Shown here piece by piece: positions 8,211-16,912 of a stretch of 64,000 nucleotides of DNA (its first letter is position 1; the number at the start of each line of letters is the position of its first letter). The DNA comes from an uncultured Actinomycetota bacterium (GTDB taxonomy: Bacteria; Actinomycetota; Actinomycetes; JAFAQI01). The stretch covers positions 1,088,001 through 1,152,000 of the forward strand of contig CAVYQE010000001.1 of the NCBI GenBank assembly GCA_963770565.1, written 5' to 3'. A program made the translations under genes and the position numbers. The notes beneath the pieces are model-generated. The model worked only from the letters and a program-made list of their open reading frames with translations, was not told the DNA's origin and did not search any database.

Positions 8211-11200
8211 TTGGCCTGCAGACGGTCGGCGGAAGCTGGGAGACGTCCGGTGAAGAGCGCGAGGGCCGCTGTCGGCTGTCCGCCCGGAGCGGCGTTTCGG
8301 CGAGTCGTCACCCTCGGTGCGGCCGCAGGCGTCGTGGCCGCTGTGCTGGCGTCCCCCGTACCGGCCGGCGCGTCGTCCAGCGTGGCCATGACACCACTGT
8401 CCTCGGGCTATGCCCGGGTCAGCCCGGCCGCCCGGCTTCCCTTCGGCGCCCGTCAGCTCGGCGCGGTCGACGGTGCCCGGCGGATCACTGGTGCGGTCAT
8501 GCTCCGCCCGCGCGACCCGGCGGCGCTCGAGCGAGCCGCGGCGGCAGTGTCGGAGCCGAGGTCGGCGCTGTACCACCACTACATCCCGAAGGGGTCCTTC
8601 GCCGCGGCGTACGGGCCGACGACCGCGACCATCAACGCGGTCAAGGCGGCGCTGTCGGCCAGCCACCTCGCCGTCTCGTCCGTGTCGGGCAACGGCATGC
8701 TCGTCCACTTCAGTGGCACCGCCGCCGCCGCCCAGTCGGCGTTCCGCACCACCCTCACCGACGTCCGGTTGGCGAACGGCCGGACCGGGATGGAAACCAC
8801 CTCGCCGGTGCAGCTTCCGGCGAGCATCGCCTCGCAGGTGACCGGGATCATCGGCCTGGACACTCTGGTCCGAGCCTCCACCAGCCTCAAGCACGCCACC
8901 CACCCGGCCGCCGTCCGGTCCGTGGCACCGGCGGTCAGCCCGGTGCCGGGCGCGCCAGCGGCCTGCAGTGACGCGACCGAGGCTGCGGTGGACTTCGGCG
9001 GGCTGACCGACGCCCAGATCGCGCACGCCTATGGGCTCAACGGTCTCTACAAGGCGGGCGACCTCGGAGCCGGCCAGACGGTCGGGATCTACGAGCTCGA
9101 GCCGTTCTCGACCAAGGACGTCTCGACGTTCGACAAGTGCTACTTCGGGTCGTCCACCGCCACGCAGATGCTCAGTCGGCTGCACACGATCGACATCGAC
9201 GGCGGCGGTGGCAACGGGCCCGGCAGTGGCGAGTCCATCCTCGACATCCAAGACGTCTCCGCGATCGCGCCCGACGCGACCATTGATGTCTACGAGGCGC
9301 CCAACACCACCGCAGGCGGGATGGACGAGCTCGACTCGATGGTCGAGTCCGACCAGGACCAGGTGGTGACCAGCAGCTGGGGCTTCTGCGAGATCGACGA
9401 GGTCAACCTGCAGCCCGGCTACATCAACGCCGAGAACGCGTTGTTCGAGCAGGCGGCCTTGCAGGGTCAGACCGTCTTGAACTCCTCCGGTGACTCCGGC
9501 TCCGACGAGTGCGCCTACGACAGCCCGGTGCCGGTCGCGCCGCTGCTGTCGCAGAGCGACCCGGCGAGCGAGCCGTTCGTGGTCGGTGTCGGCGGCACCA
9601 CGATCACCGATGCCGCCAACCCGCCGACCGAGCAGGTCTGGAACGACGGAAGCGACGGCGGCGCGAGCGGCGGCGGCCCATCCTCGATCTGGGGCGCGCC
9701 GAGCTGGCAGCAGCCGTTCATCGCGGGCGCGGACAAGGCGTCAGCCGCGCTCGCCGTCACCCGGTTCGGGCTCACGCCATGCAAGCAGTCGCCGGCCGAC
9801 GCGAGCCTGTGCCGAGAAGCCCCGGACGTTTCGGCACAGGCCGACGAATACACCGGCGCGATCACGATCTACACCGCGTCCTTCGGCGGCTGGACCACCG
9901 AGGGAGGGACGTCGTCCTCCGCGCCGCTGTGGGCCGGGATCCTCGCCGAGATCAACGCCTCGTCGTTGTGCCAGGCCAACGGTCCGCTCGGCTTCGTCGA
10001 CCCCTCGCTGTACGCCGTCGCGGCCAACAGTGCCACCTACAAGGCGTCGTTCAACGACGTCAAGCTCGGCAACAACGACGACTTCGACATTTCCGGTGGT
10101 GAGACCTTCCCGGCCGGGCCGGGGTACGACATGGCGACCGGGCTCGGGACCCCGAGGGTCGTCGGGCTGACCAACAACCTTTGTGCGCTGAACGGCCCGG
10201 TGACCTCACGCCCGACGATCACCTCAGTGGCCCCGCAAACGGTGTCGCCGAGCACGACCGGCTCGTTGACCATCACCGGCACCGGATTCGCCGGCGCCAA
10301 GAGTGTCTCGATCAACGCGTTTGCCGTACCGGCGTCGGACTGGTCGGCCTCGGACACCTCGATCGTCATCTCGCCGATCCCCACCGCCGCCGAGGTCGGC
10401 ACCGGATCGCAGGGGCCCCAGGACGGGACCGGTCGGGCGGTCGTGTCGGTGACCGGCGCGTCGGGTGCGACCACGATGCTCGACGCCAACGCCACGATGC
10501 TCTACGTCGACGAGACGACCGGCCCGATCCCGTCGGTGGGGGGCATCTCCGCCTACGGCGGACCGAAAGCCGGCGGCAACACCGTGACCGTCTTCGGCTC
10601 GGGGTTCGAGGCGACCGGACCGGACCAGATCACCGGCGTGACCGTCGGCGGAGTCGCGGCGAGCGGCTTCACCGTGCTGACGCCCGCGCTGCTGTCAGTG
10701 ACCATCCCGGGGTACGAGTCGGGAAACACCCAGTGCGCCGCCGGGAATAAGCCGGCCAAGGACGTCTGCCAGGCCCAGCTCATGGTTACCAACGCGAACG
10801 GGTCGAGCGCGCCGGCCACGATCCTGCCGCCGTACACCGGACAGGAGTACGGCGGGGTCAGCGGCGGCACGCCACTGCCGCCGTGCGTGAGCGCTGACAC
10901 CCCGACCTGCGAAATCGTGGCCGCGGTGACCGAGTACGACTACCTGCCGGTGCCGAGGATCACCTCGGTGACCACGACGCAGCAGGAGGATCCGGAGACC
11001 TGGGCCTCCGAGCAGGGCGTGACGCTCGCGACCGTCGACGGGGCCGGCTTCGACTACCTCGGGCTCGAATACACCAACGTGGGTTCACCGTCGGTCGCGA
11101 ACAACGAGGACTTCAGCATTCTCGACGTGACGCCGACCGAGTTCCACATCGTGCTGAATCCGATCGGCCGGACGCACGAGGCGGTGACGAAGCCGTTCAC

Positions 11201-12191
11201 CGTGCAGACCTTGGGCGGCCGCTCGGTGCCCTGGCTGATCCATTACGCGGGTGTTCCGACGATCACCTCGGTGTCGCCGACCGCGGGCCCGGACACCGGT
11301 GGCACGCACATCACGATCAAGGGGTCCGGCTTCGAGGGTGTCGCCCCCGCCGACGGCGGCGAGCTCGCCTTCGGCTACCTCCCGTTCAACGGCTCGACGC
11401 TGGAGCTGTCGGGATACGTCGTGGCCAGCGACACCAGGCTGACCGCCAAGACGCCGGCCAACAACCCGGGCGCATTCGCCACCCAGGCCTGCACGTTGAC
11501 CGGCTGCTTCCTGGCGACGAACAAGACACTGAAACGAACCTTGTTCGACTTCTACCAGCCCGGGGCGCCGAGGGTGAGCTCGCTGTCGGTGAGGTCGGGG
11601 CCGGCGTCTGGCGGCACCCGGGTCGTGATCCACGGCCACAACCTCGCCGACGCCGTCAAGGTGACCTTCGGCAACGCGGTGGCCGAGGCGACGAACGCGC
11701 CCGAGATTCTGACCAACGGCAGCAGCACCGAGGTCGATGCGCTCGCGCCACCCGGTCCGGCCGGCAAGACCGTGCACGTGCGGGTCACGACCGTGGAGAG
11801 CCGGGTCACCGGCGGGTCGGCGAGCCCGCCGAGCGTCGGCTCGGAGTTCCGCTACACGCTGAGCACGGCCTCGGCGCCACGCCACGTGCGGGTGACGCGC
11901 CACGCCACCACGCTGACGGTTCGCTGGCGCTCGCCGGCCTCCAACGGCGGCGACCCGATCCTCGGCTACCACGTGCGCGCCATCGCCGAGCCCGAGAGCA
12001 ACGGCACGACGCACAAGACTCCGCCGACCGTCTTCGTCGCGACCAAGGGCCGGGCGCTGCGCCACGCCCAGCTGACCGGGCTGCGTGGTGGCTGGCGTTA
12101 TGTCGTCAAGGTGCGGGCGATGACGACCAAGGGCCGCGGCCTGATCGGAAGGCCGCCGCACGACGACTTCCTGATCCACTCACCGGCGTGA
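8211..12191 (+). CDS. Second secreted S53 peptidase with IPT/TIG and FN3 domains (paralog of 4126-8076)
   Basis: GESILDIQ, SSGDSG, GGTSSSAP, GYDMATGLGTP; colinear with the first copy; start uncertain (TTG 8211 or GTG 8250). Confidence 0.9.
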   Translation: MACRRSAEAGRRPVKSARAAVGCPPGAAFRRVVTLGAAAGVVAAVLASPVPAGASSSVAMTPLSSGYARVSPAARLPFGARQLGAVDGARRITGAVMLRPRDPAALERAAAAVSEPRSALYHHYIPKGSFAAAYGPTTATINAVKAALSASHLAVSSVSGNGMLVHFSGTAAAAQSAFRTTLTDVRLANGRTGMETTSPVQLPASIASQVTGIIGLDTLVRASTSLKHATHPAAVRSVAPAVSPVPGAPAACSDATEAAVDFGGLTDAQIAHAYGLNGLYKAGDLGAGQTVGIYELEPFSTKDVSTFDKCYFGSSTATQMLSRLHTIDIDGGGGNGPGSGESILDIQDVSAIAPDATIDVYEAPNTTAGGMDELDSMVESDQDQVVTSSWGFCEIDEVNLQPGYINAENALFEQAALQGQTVLNSSGDSGSDECAYDSPVPVAPLLSQSDPASEPFVVGVGGTTITDAANPPTEQVWNDGSDGGASGGGPSSIWGAPSWQQPFIAGADKASAALAVTRFGLTPCKQSPADASLCREAPDVSAQADEYTGAITIYTASFGGWTTEGGTSSSAPLWAGILAEINASSLCQANGPLGFVDPSLYAVAANSATYKASFNDVKLGNNDDFDISGGETFPAGPGYDMATGLGTPRVVGLTNNLCALNGPVTSRPTITSVAPQTVSPSTTGSLTITGTGFAGAKSVSINAFAVPASDWSASDTSIVISPIPTAAEVGTGSQGPQDGTGRAVVSVTGASGATTMLDANATMLYVDETTGPIPSVGGISAYGGPKAGGNTVTVFGSGFEATGPDQITGVTVGGVAASGFTVLTPALLSVTIPGYESGNTQCAAGNKPAKDVCQAQLMVTNANGSSAPATILPPYTGQEYGGVSGGTPLPPCVSADTPTCEIVAAVTEYDYLPVPRITSVTTTQQEDPETWASEQGVTLATVDGAGFDYLGLEYTNVGSPSVANNEDFSILDVTPTEFHIVLNPIGRTHEAVTKPFTVQTLGGRSVPWLIHYAGVPTITSVSPTAGPDTGGTHITIKGSGFEGVAPADGGELAFGYLPFNGSTLELSGYVVASDTRLTAKTPANNPGAFATQACTLTGCFLATNKTLKRTLFDFYQPGAPRVSSLSVRSGPASGGTRVVIHGHNLADAVKVTFGNAVAEATNAPEILTNGSSTEVDALAPPGPAGKTVHVRVTTVESRVTGGSASPPSVGSEFRYTLSTASAPRHVRVTRHATTLTVRWRSPASNGGDPILGYHVRAIAEPESNGTTHKTPPTVFVATKGRALRHAQLTGLRGGWRYVVKVRAMTTKGRGLIGRPPHDDFLIHSPA

Positions 12192-12250
12192 TCGGAGTGG
12201 CGCTCGAGTGCGTTTGGCGAGCGCCATGAGCCGTCCGTAGGGTCGCAATT

Positions 12251-15200
12251 GTGCGGGTGGGCATACTCGGGTCGGTCGAGGTGAGCGACGGCACCGCCGT
12301 GGTCGCGATCGGTGGCCCGAGGCAGCGCGCGGTTCTCGCCGTACTCGGGCTGCTGGCCGGCACCGTCGTGAGCACCGAGCAGCTTGCCGACGCGGTCTGG
12401 GCCGGTACTCCGCCGCGGACCGCTGACCACACCTTGCACAACTACGTGCTCCGGTTGCGCCGGCTCGGCCTGGCGATCGCCCGGGTCGACGACGGCTATC
12501 GGCTGGATTCGCCGACCGATGTCGCCGAGTTCGAACAAGCGGTCGCGCGCGCCCAGGCCCGGCCGGAGAACACCCGGGCCGAACCCCTTGCGGCCGCCCT
12601 TGCGCTCGTGCGGGGCGCCCCCGGCCAAGGGCTGGGCGATTCCGACCTGATCCGGGTCCGGCGGGCGGAGCTCGCCGAGCTGGTGGAGACCGTGCGAGAG
12701 GACGCCGCGGCGGCCGGCCTCGCGGTGGTGACGAGCGCCACGGCCGGGCGGCTGGTGTCCGAGCTTCGCGGCATGGTCAGCGCCGAGCCCTATCGCGAAC
12801 GACGGTGGGAGCTGTTGATGCTCGCGCTGTATCGCGCCGGGCGGCAAAGCGAGGCGCTCGAGGCGTTCGCTGAGGCCCGTGAGCTGCTGGCCCAGGATCT
12901 CGGTATCGATCCTTCACCCGCGCTTCGGCGCGCGCAGCAGGCGGTGCTGTCCCAGGACCCGGCGATCGGCGGTTCGGCCGACGTGGTCGACCATCCGGCC
13001 GCCATGACCGGCGGCGGTCGTGCGCTGCCCGGTCTCGCGACCCGGATGGTCGGCCGGCGACCCGAGCGGGCCGCACTGCGATCGGCGCTCGAAAGCTCGC
13101 GGCTGGTCACCCTGCTCGGACCGCTCGGAGTCGGCAAGACCCGCCTTGCGATGGAGGTCGCGCACGAGGAGACCGGGCCGGTGTGGTTCGTCGCGATGGA
13201 AGGTCTGGCCGCTCCTACCTCGGTGGCCGAGGCGGTCGTTGCGGTCGTGTCGCCGACCTCGCGCGCGAGCAGCCCGCGCGACGGCCTGATCGGGGCGCTG
13301 GTCGACAGCTCAGGTCTGCTCGTGCTCGACGCCGCGGAGCAACGGGTCGAGGAGGTCGGTGCGCTTGCGGTCGACCTGCTGAGCAGCTGTGCCGGGATCA
13401 GGCTGCTCGTGACCAGCCGGCAGACCCTTCGGGTGCATGACGAGGCCACCGTGCCGCTCGGCGCGCTCACGGTTGAGGATCGGCGTACTTTGCTGGTCGA
13501 CCGGGCCCGGCTGTCCGAGCCGGGATTCGCCCTCGCAACCGCGGATGCGGGCGCCGCCGACCGGCTCTGCGCGCTGGTCGACGGGCTGCCGCTCGGGATC
13601 GAGCTGGTGGCTCGGCACCTTCGCCTGCTGTCGGTCCGCGAACTGGCCGATCGCGTCGACGCCGATCTCGACCGCTGGACGAGCGGGCCGGGTGATGAGA
13701 CGGCCGGGCTGGTGGGCGCGGTGGCGGCCGGTGTCGCCGACCTGTCCGAGTCGCTGCAGGCGTTCCTGGTCCGGCTGTCGGTGCTGCCGGCCGAGGCCGA
13801 CCTCGACCTGGTCCACGACGTTGCGGCGTCGGATGCCAGCGATGACTGGGTTTTCGAGGCGCTCGCGCTGCTCGTCGACCGCAGCCTGGTCCAGGTGCGG
13901 GCCGGCCCGGTCGGCGTACGTTACGCGTTGCTCTTGTCGGTGCGGCGCTACTGCTTGTCGCTGCTCTCGGAGCCGGAACGGCGCTTGGTCGAGCAGGCCT
14001 ACGTCGCTGCAGTGTTGCGACGCAGCGAGCGACTTGCCTCCGGGCTGCGATCGCAACGGAGGCCGGAAGTGCTCGCGGCGCTCGACGCCGACGTGCCGCA
14101 CCTGCACACCGCGTTGGCGACGAGCATCGACAACGGCGATCCGGCCGCCGCGCTGAGGGTCGCCACCGATCTCGGCGAGTACTGGCTCGCTCGTCGCCCG
14201 GGTGAGGGGTTGGCCTGGTTGCAGCGGCTCCTCGCGGTCGCTTCGGTCTCGGGTGTCGATCGCGCGCGGGTGTTGTTGCAGATGGGACATCTGGCGTACT
14301 GGCTGACCGACTTCGATCTCGGTGCCCGCCTGCTCGCCGAAGCGCGCGATCTGTTGAGCGTCGATGCCGACCCGGTCCTGCTGGGTCGGGTACTGCGGCG
14401 GATGGGTGCCATCGCCGCGGCCCGGGACGACGTCGTGACCGCCAAGGGCCTGTTGGAGGACTCGGTCGAGTTGCTTCGCGGCGCCGGCGACGAACCCGAG
14501 GAGGCCGTCTCGCTGCTGCACCTCGGCTCGCTGCTCGCCGACGAGAGCCGGACCGCCGAGGCACTGCCGCTGCTCGTCCGGGCCCGCGACGAGCTGCGGG
14601 CCGCCGGCGACCCGCTTCAGGAGGGCCACGCGCTCGCCGCGCTGTCTCTGGCCTGGTGGAAGGCCGGCGACCTGGTGGCCGCGCTCGGTGCCGCCGAGCG
14701 CGCTCTGGACCGCTTCCATGAGCTCGGCCATCGGCCGACCGAGGGAGTGATCGGCTACCGCCTGGCGGCAGTGACCCGAGCTCTCGGCCGGCCCGAGGCG
14801 TCCCGCTCGTACGCCGAAGGCGCCCTCGCCGCCGGGGTCCACACCGGCACCCGGACGACGATCGCGCTGGCGGAGCTTGCGCTGGCGCGACTCGACCTCG
14901 ACCAAGGCGTCCCCGCGGATGCCGCCACCCGCCTGGTGGCAGCGCTCGAACAGCTCGACGTCGATGCCGATCGCTGGGTCCTGGCGGAGGCATTGGAGGT
15001 GACCGGCCGGCTCCAGCTGGAGCGCGGGTTGCCGGCGCGCGCAGTGCTGACCGAGGCGGCGGCGCTTCGCGAGCTGATCGGCCAGCCGCCGCCGCCGGCC
15101 GTGGCCGCCGAGCTGGCCGAGCTGGCGGAGCGGGCCGAGCTGGCCGATGTCGAGGGAACCAGCGAGCGCGACCACCCGGTGGCGGCGATCGCGGAGCCGG

Positions 15201-15283
15201 CTGCCCTGCGGTCCTGGGCGCTCGACCTCTGCTGGTCGCTCGGCGGCGGTGCCGGCAGCGCGGCACCCAGCCGCAGGAGTTGA
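12251..15283 (+). CDS. AfsR/SARP-family regulator (wHTH-BTAD-ATPase-TPR)
   Basis: GGPRQRAVLAVL, EPYRERRWELLMLALYRAGRQSEALE, LGIDPSPAL (BTAD); P-loop GPLGVGKT; LLVTSR; DGLPLGIEL; helical repeats. Confidence 0.9.
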   Translation: MRVGILGSVEVSDGTAVVAIGGPRQRAVLAVLGLLAGTVVSTEQLADAVWAGTPPRTADHTLHNYVLRLRRLGLAIARVDDGYRLDSPTDVAEFEQAVARAQARPENTRAEPLAAALALVRGAPGQGLGDSDLIRVRRAELAELVETVREDAAAAGLAVVTSATAGRLVSELRGMVSAEPYRERRWELLMLALYRAGRQSEALEAFAEARELLAQDLGIDPSPALRRAQQAVLSQDPAIGGSADVVDHPAAMTGGGRALPGLATRMVGRRPERAALRSALESSRLVTLLGPLGVGKTRLAMEVAHEETGPVWFVAMEGLAAPTSVAEAVVAVVSPTSRASSPRDGLIGALVDSSGLLVLDAAEQRVEEVGALAVDLLSSCAGIRLLVTSRQTLRVHDEATVPLGALTVEDRRTLLVDRARLSEPGFALATADAGAADRLCALVDGLPLGIELVARHLRLLSVRELADRVDADLDRWTSGPGDETAGLVGAVAAGVADLSESLQAFLVRLSVLPAEADLDLVHDVAASDASDDWVFEALALLVDRSLVQVRAGPVGVRYALLLSVRRYCLSLLSEPERRLVEQAYVAAVLRRSERLASGLRSQRRPEVLAALDADVPHLHTALATSIDNGDPAAALRVATDLGEYWLARRPGEGLAWLQRLLAVASVSGVDRARVLLQMGHLAYWLTDFDLGARLLAEARDLLSVDADPVLLGRVLRRMGAIAAARDDVVTAKGLLEDSVELLRGAGDEPEEAVSLLHLGSLLADESRTAEALPLLVRARDELRAAGDPLQEGHALAALSLAWWKAGDLVAALGAAERALDRFHELGHRPTEGVIGYRLAAVTRALGRPEASRSYAEGALAAGVHTGTRTTIALAELALARLDLDQGVPADAATRLVAALEQLDVDADRWVLAEALEVTGRLQLERGLPARAVLTEAAALRELIGQPPPPAVAAELAELAERAELADVEGTSERDHPVAAIAEPAALRSWALDLCWSLGGGAGSAAPSRRS

Positions 15284-15297
15284 GTAGCGTGGCTGAC

Positions 15298-15531
15298 ATG
15301 AACGACGAGCAGATCCACGAGACGATCAATCGCCTGGTCGCCGAGGAGCACCAGCTGCGTACTCAGCGGCATCACACGGCCGAGCAGCAGGACCAGCTGA
15401 CCGGGCTGGAAGCGGCGCTCGACCAATGTTGGGATCTGCTGCGCCAGCGCGACGCACTCCGCAACGCCGGCGCCGACCCTTCGGCGGCTCAGCCCCGCCC
15501 GATCTCCGAAGTCGAGGGCTACCTCCAATAG
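15298..15531 (+). CDS. DUF2630-family small protein
   Basis: LEAALDQCWDLLRQRDALR...VEGYLQ signature. Confidence 0.85.
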   Translation: MNDEQIHETINRLVAEEHQLRTQRHHTAEQQDQLTGLEAALDQCWDLLRQRDALRNAGADPSAAQPRPISEVEGYLQ

Positions 15532-15544
15532 CGGGGTCCCCCCA

Positions 15545-15621
15545 GCAATGTCACATTGCCCAGCCCTTTGCGGGGGTGGTGTGACATTGCCCCGCGGTAC
15601 GCGGGGGTGATGTGACATTGC
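15545..15621. repeat. Left array: three 15-bp palindromic units at 31-bp period
   Basis: GCAATGTCACATTGC (15545), GTGGTGTGACATTGC (15576), GTGATGTGACATTGC (15607), separated by 16-bp GC spacers. Confidence 0.92.
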
Positions 15622-15706
15622 CCACCGGTGGGCACGGGTGGCGCGCCCATCCACAGATCGAGCTGGCCGGCCGCGTTCGCTCGGGCCGGCATTCAGGCTC
15701 CGCAGA

Positions 15707-16690
15707 ATGACCGAGACTTCAGAGACCTTCGAGCGGACGCTCACCCGGCAGGATCAGCTTTGTACCCGGCGGCAGGCGCTTCGGTGGATGACCGAGGCTG
15801 AGATCGACAGCCGACTCGGGCGGCGCTGGCAGGTAATCGTGCCGGGTGTCTACGGCACCTTCACCGGCATTCTCACCGAGCGTCAGCGCCAGCGCGCGGC
15901 GCTCCTCCATGCCGGCGACGGGTCCATGCTGACCGACACCTCCGCGCTCGCGCTTCACCGGTTGCCGTACCTGCCGTCGGACGCCCATATCCGGGTGCTG
16001 GTCGGTGCCGATGTGCAACGCACCTCGCGCGACTTCATGGTGATCCGGCGTACGACGAGGCTGCCGCGCGCCGTTGTGGTGGACGGGTTGCCGATCGCGC
16101 CGGTCGTTCGGGCGCTGTGTGACTTCGCCGTCCGGCACGATGACGAGCGGGATGCTCTGGCGGTCGTTGTGGCCGCCGTACAGCTGGGGCGCGTGTCGCT
16201 CGAACATCTCGTCGACGAGGTGCGACTTGGGCCGGCCCGTGGCCGCCCACGTCTGTGCCGGATCATCAACGGTTTGCAGGTCGGCATCCGGTCGGCCCCG
16301 GAGGATGACTTCCGCCAGCTGGTCCGTCGCAGTCGGATCCTGCCGGAGCCGCTGTGGAATCCGCTCTTGCGCCTCCCGGACGGCCAGTTGGTCAGCCCCG
16401 ACGCCCTGTTTGCCGACTCCGGGCTCATTCACGAGACGAACGGCCTCATCGCGCACGGTGAGAGCGCTGCGTTCGAGGAGATGCAGCGCCGCCATGACCG
16501 ATTGGTGACGATCGGTTTCACCGTGCTGCACAACGCACCTCATCGGCTTCGTGCACGGGGTCGCGCGGTGATCGCCGAGGTCGAGGCGTGCCATCTGCGC
16601 CTGGCCGGCCGGGGATTGCCGCCGGGTGTGACCCTGGTCCGTCCCGGCCCGCCCGGCACGCCGTACCTCGAGGTCCCGAAAGCAATGTGA
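15707..16690 (+). CDS. AbiEi-antitoxin-like N-terminus plus DUF559/Vsr-like nuclease-fold protein
   Basis: QDQLCTRRQAL...WQVIVPGVY...RAALL...SALALH; DGLPIAPVVRALCD; C-terminal RSAPE, PDA, HETNG..AH, RHDRL..GFTVL. Confidence 0.75.
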   Translation: MTETSETFERTLTRQDQLCTRRQALRWMTEAEIDSRLGRRWQVIVPGVYGTFTGILTERQRQRAALLHAGDGSMLTDTSALALHRLPYLPSDAHIRVLVGADVQRTSRDFMVIRRTTRLPRAVVVDGLPIAPVVRALCDFAVRHDDERDALAVVVAAVQLGRVSLEHLVDEVRLGPARGRPRLCRIINGLQVGIRSAPEDDFRQLVRRSRILPEPLWNPLLRLPDGQLVSPDALFADSGLIHETNGLIAHGESAAFEEMQRRHDRLVTIGFTVLHNAPHRLRARGRAVIAEVEACHLRLAGRGLPPGVTLVRPGPPGTPYLEVPKAM

Positions 16691-16758
16691 CATTGCCCCC
16701 GGCTTTGCCGGGGCAATGTCACAGCACCCCAGGAAGGGCCTGGGCAATGTGACATTGC
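16682..16758. repeat. Right array: three 15-bp palindromic units at 31-bp period, inverted relative to the left array
   Basis: GCAATGTGACATTGC (16682, contains the gene's TGA), GCAATGTCACAGCAC (16713), GCAATGTGACATTGC (16744). Confidence 0.92.
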
Positions 16759-16769
16759 TTCGAACGGGG

Positions 16770-16810
16770 GTTGCGAGTCCGTTGCGAGCAGGTTGCGACT
16801 GGGGTTGCTG
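16770..16810 (+). promoter_or_regulatory. Heptamer direct repeats at 11-bp period (putative wHTH/SARP operator)
   Basis: GTTGCGA at 16770, 16781 and 16792; GTTGCTG at 16804. Confidence 0.55.
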
Positions 16811-16867
16811 AGGATCAAGCGGCTCGTGGCCGCCACGGTGGCGGACCGTTGCCGCTAGGCACGCGGG

Positions 16868-16900
16868 GGAACCCGCGACCCCTCGTGGGTCGCGGGTTCC
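16868..16900. terminator. Perfect 14-bp hairpin upstream of menB
   Basis: ggaacccgcgaccc-ctcgt-gggtcgcgggttcc. Confidence 0.5.
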
Positions 16901-16912
16901 TAGGATCGACCG

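Larger units (their letters stand above)
15545..16758. mobile_element. Candidate inverted-repeat-bounded single-gene element (no transposase)
   Basis: 77-bp imperfect inverted repeats enclosing one nuclease-like gene; mobility is inferred only and no target-site duplication was seen. Confidence 0.45.

Noticed and set aside
15649-15656. ATCCACAG (also CTGTGGAT near 41067) as DnaA boxes
   Set aside because: Isolated partial matches with no oriC context.
15545-16758. Palindrome arrays as a CRISPR array
   Set aside because: Only three units per side, 15-bp repeats with 16-bp related hairpin spacers, and no cas genes.
15531-16770. Classical IS with target-site duplication
   Set aside because: No DDE, HUH or serine transposase motifs, and no direct repeat found outside the inverted arrays.
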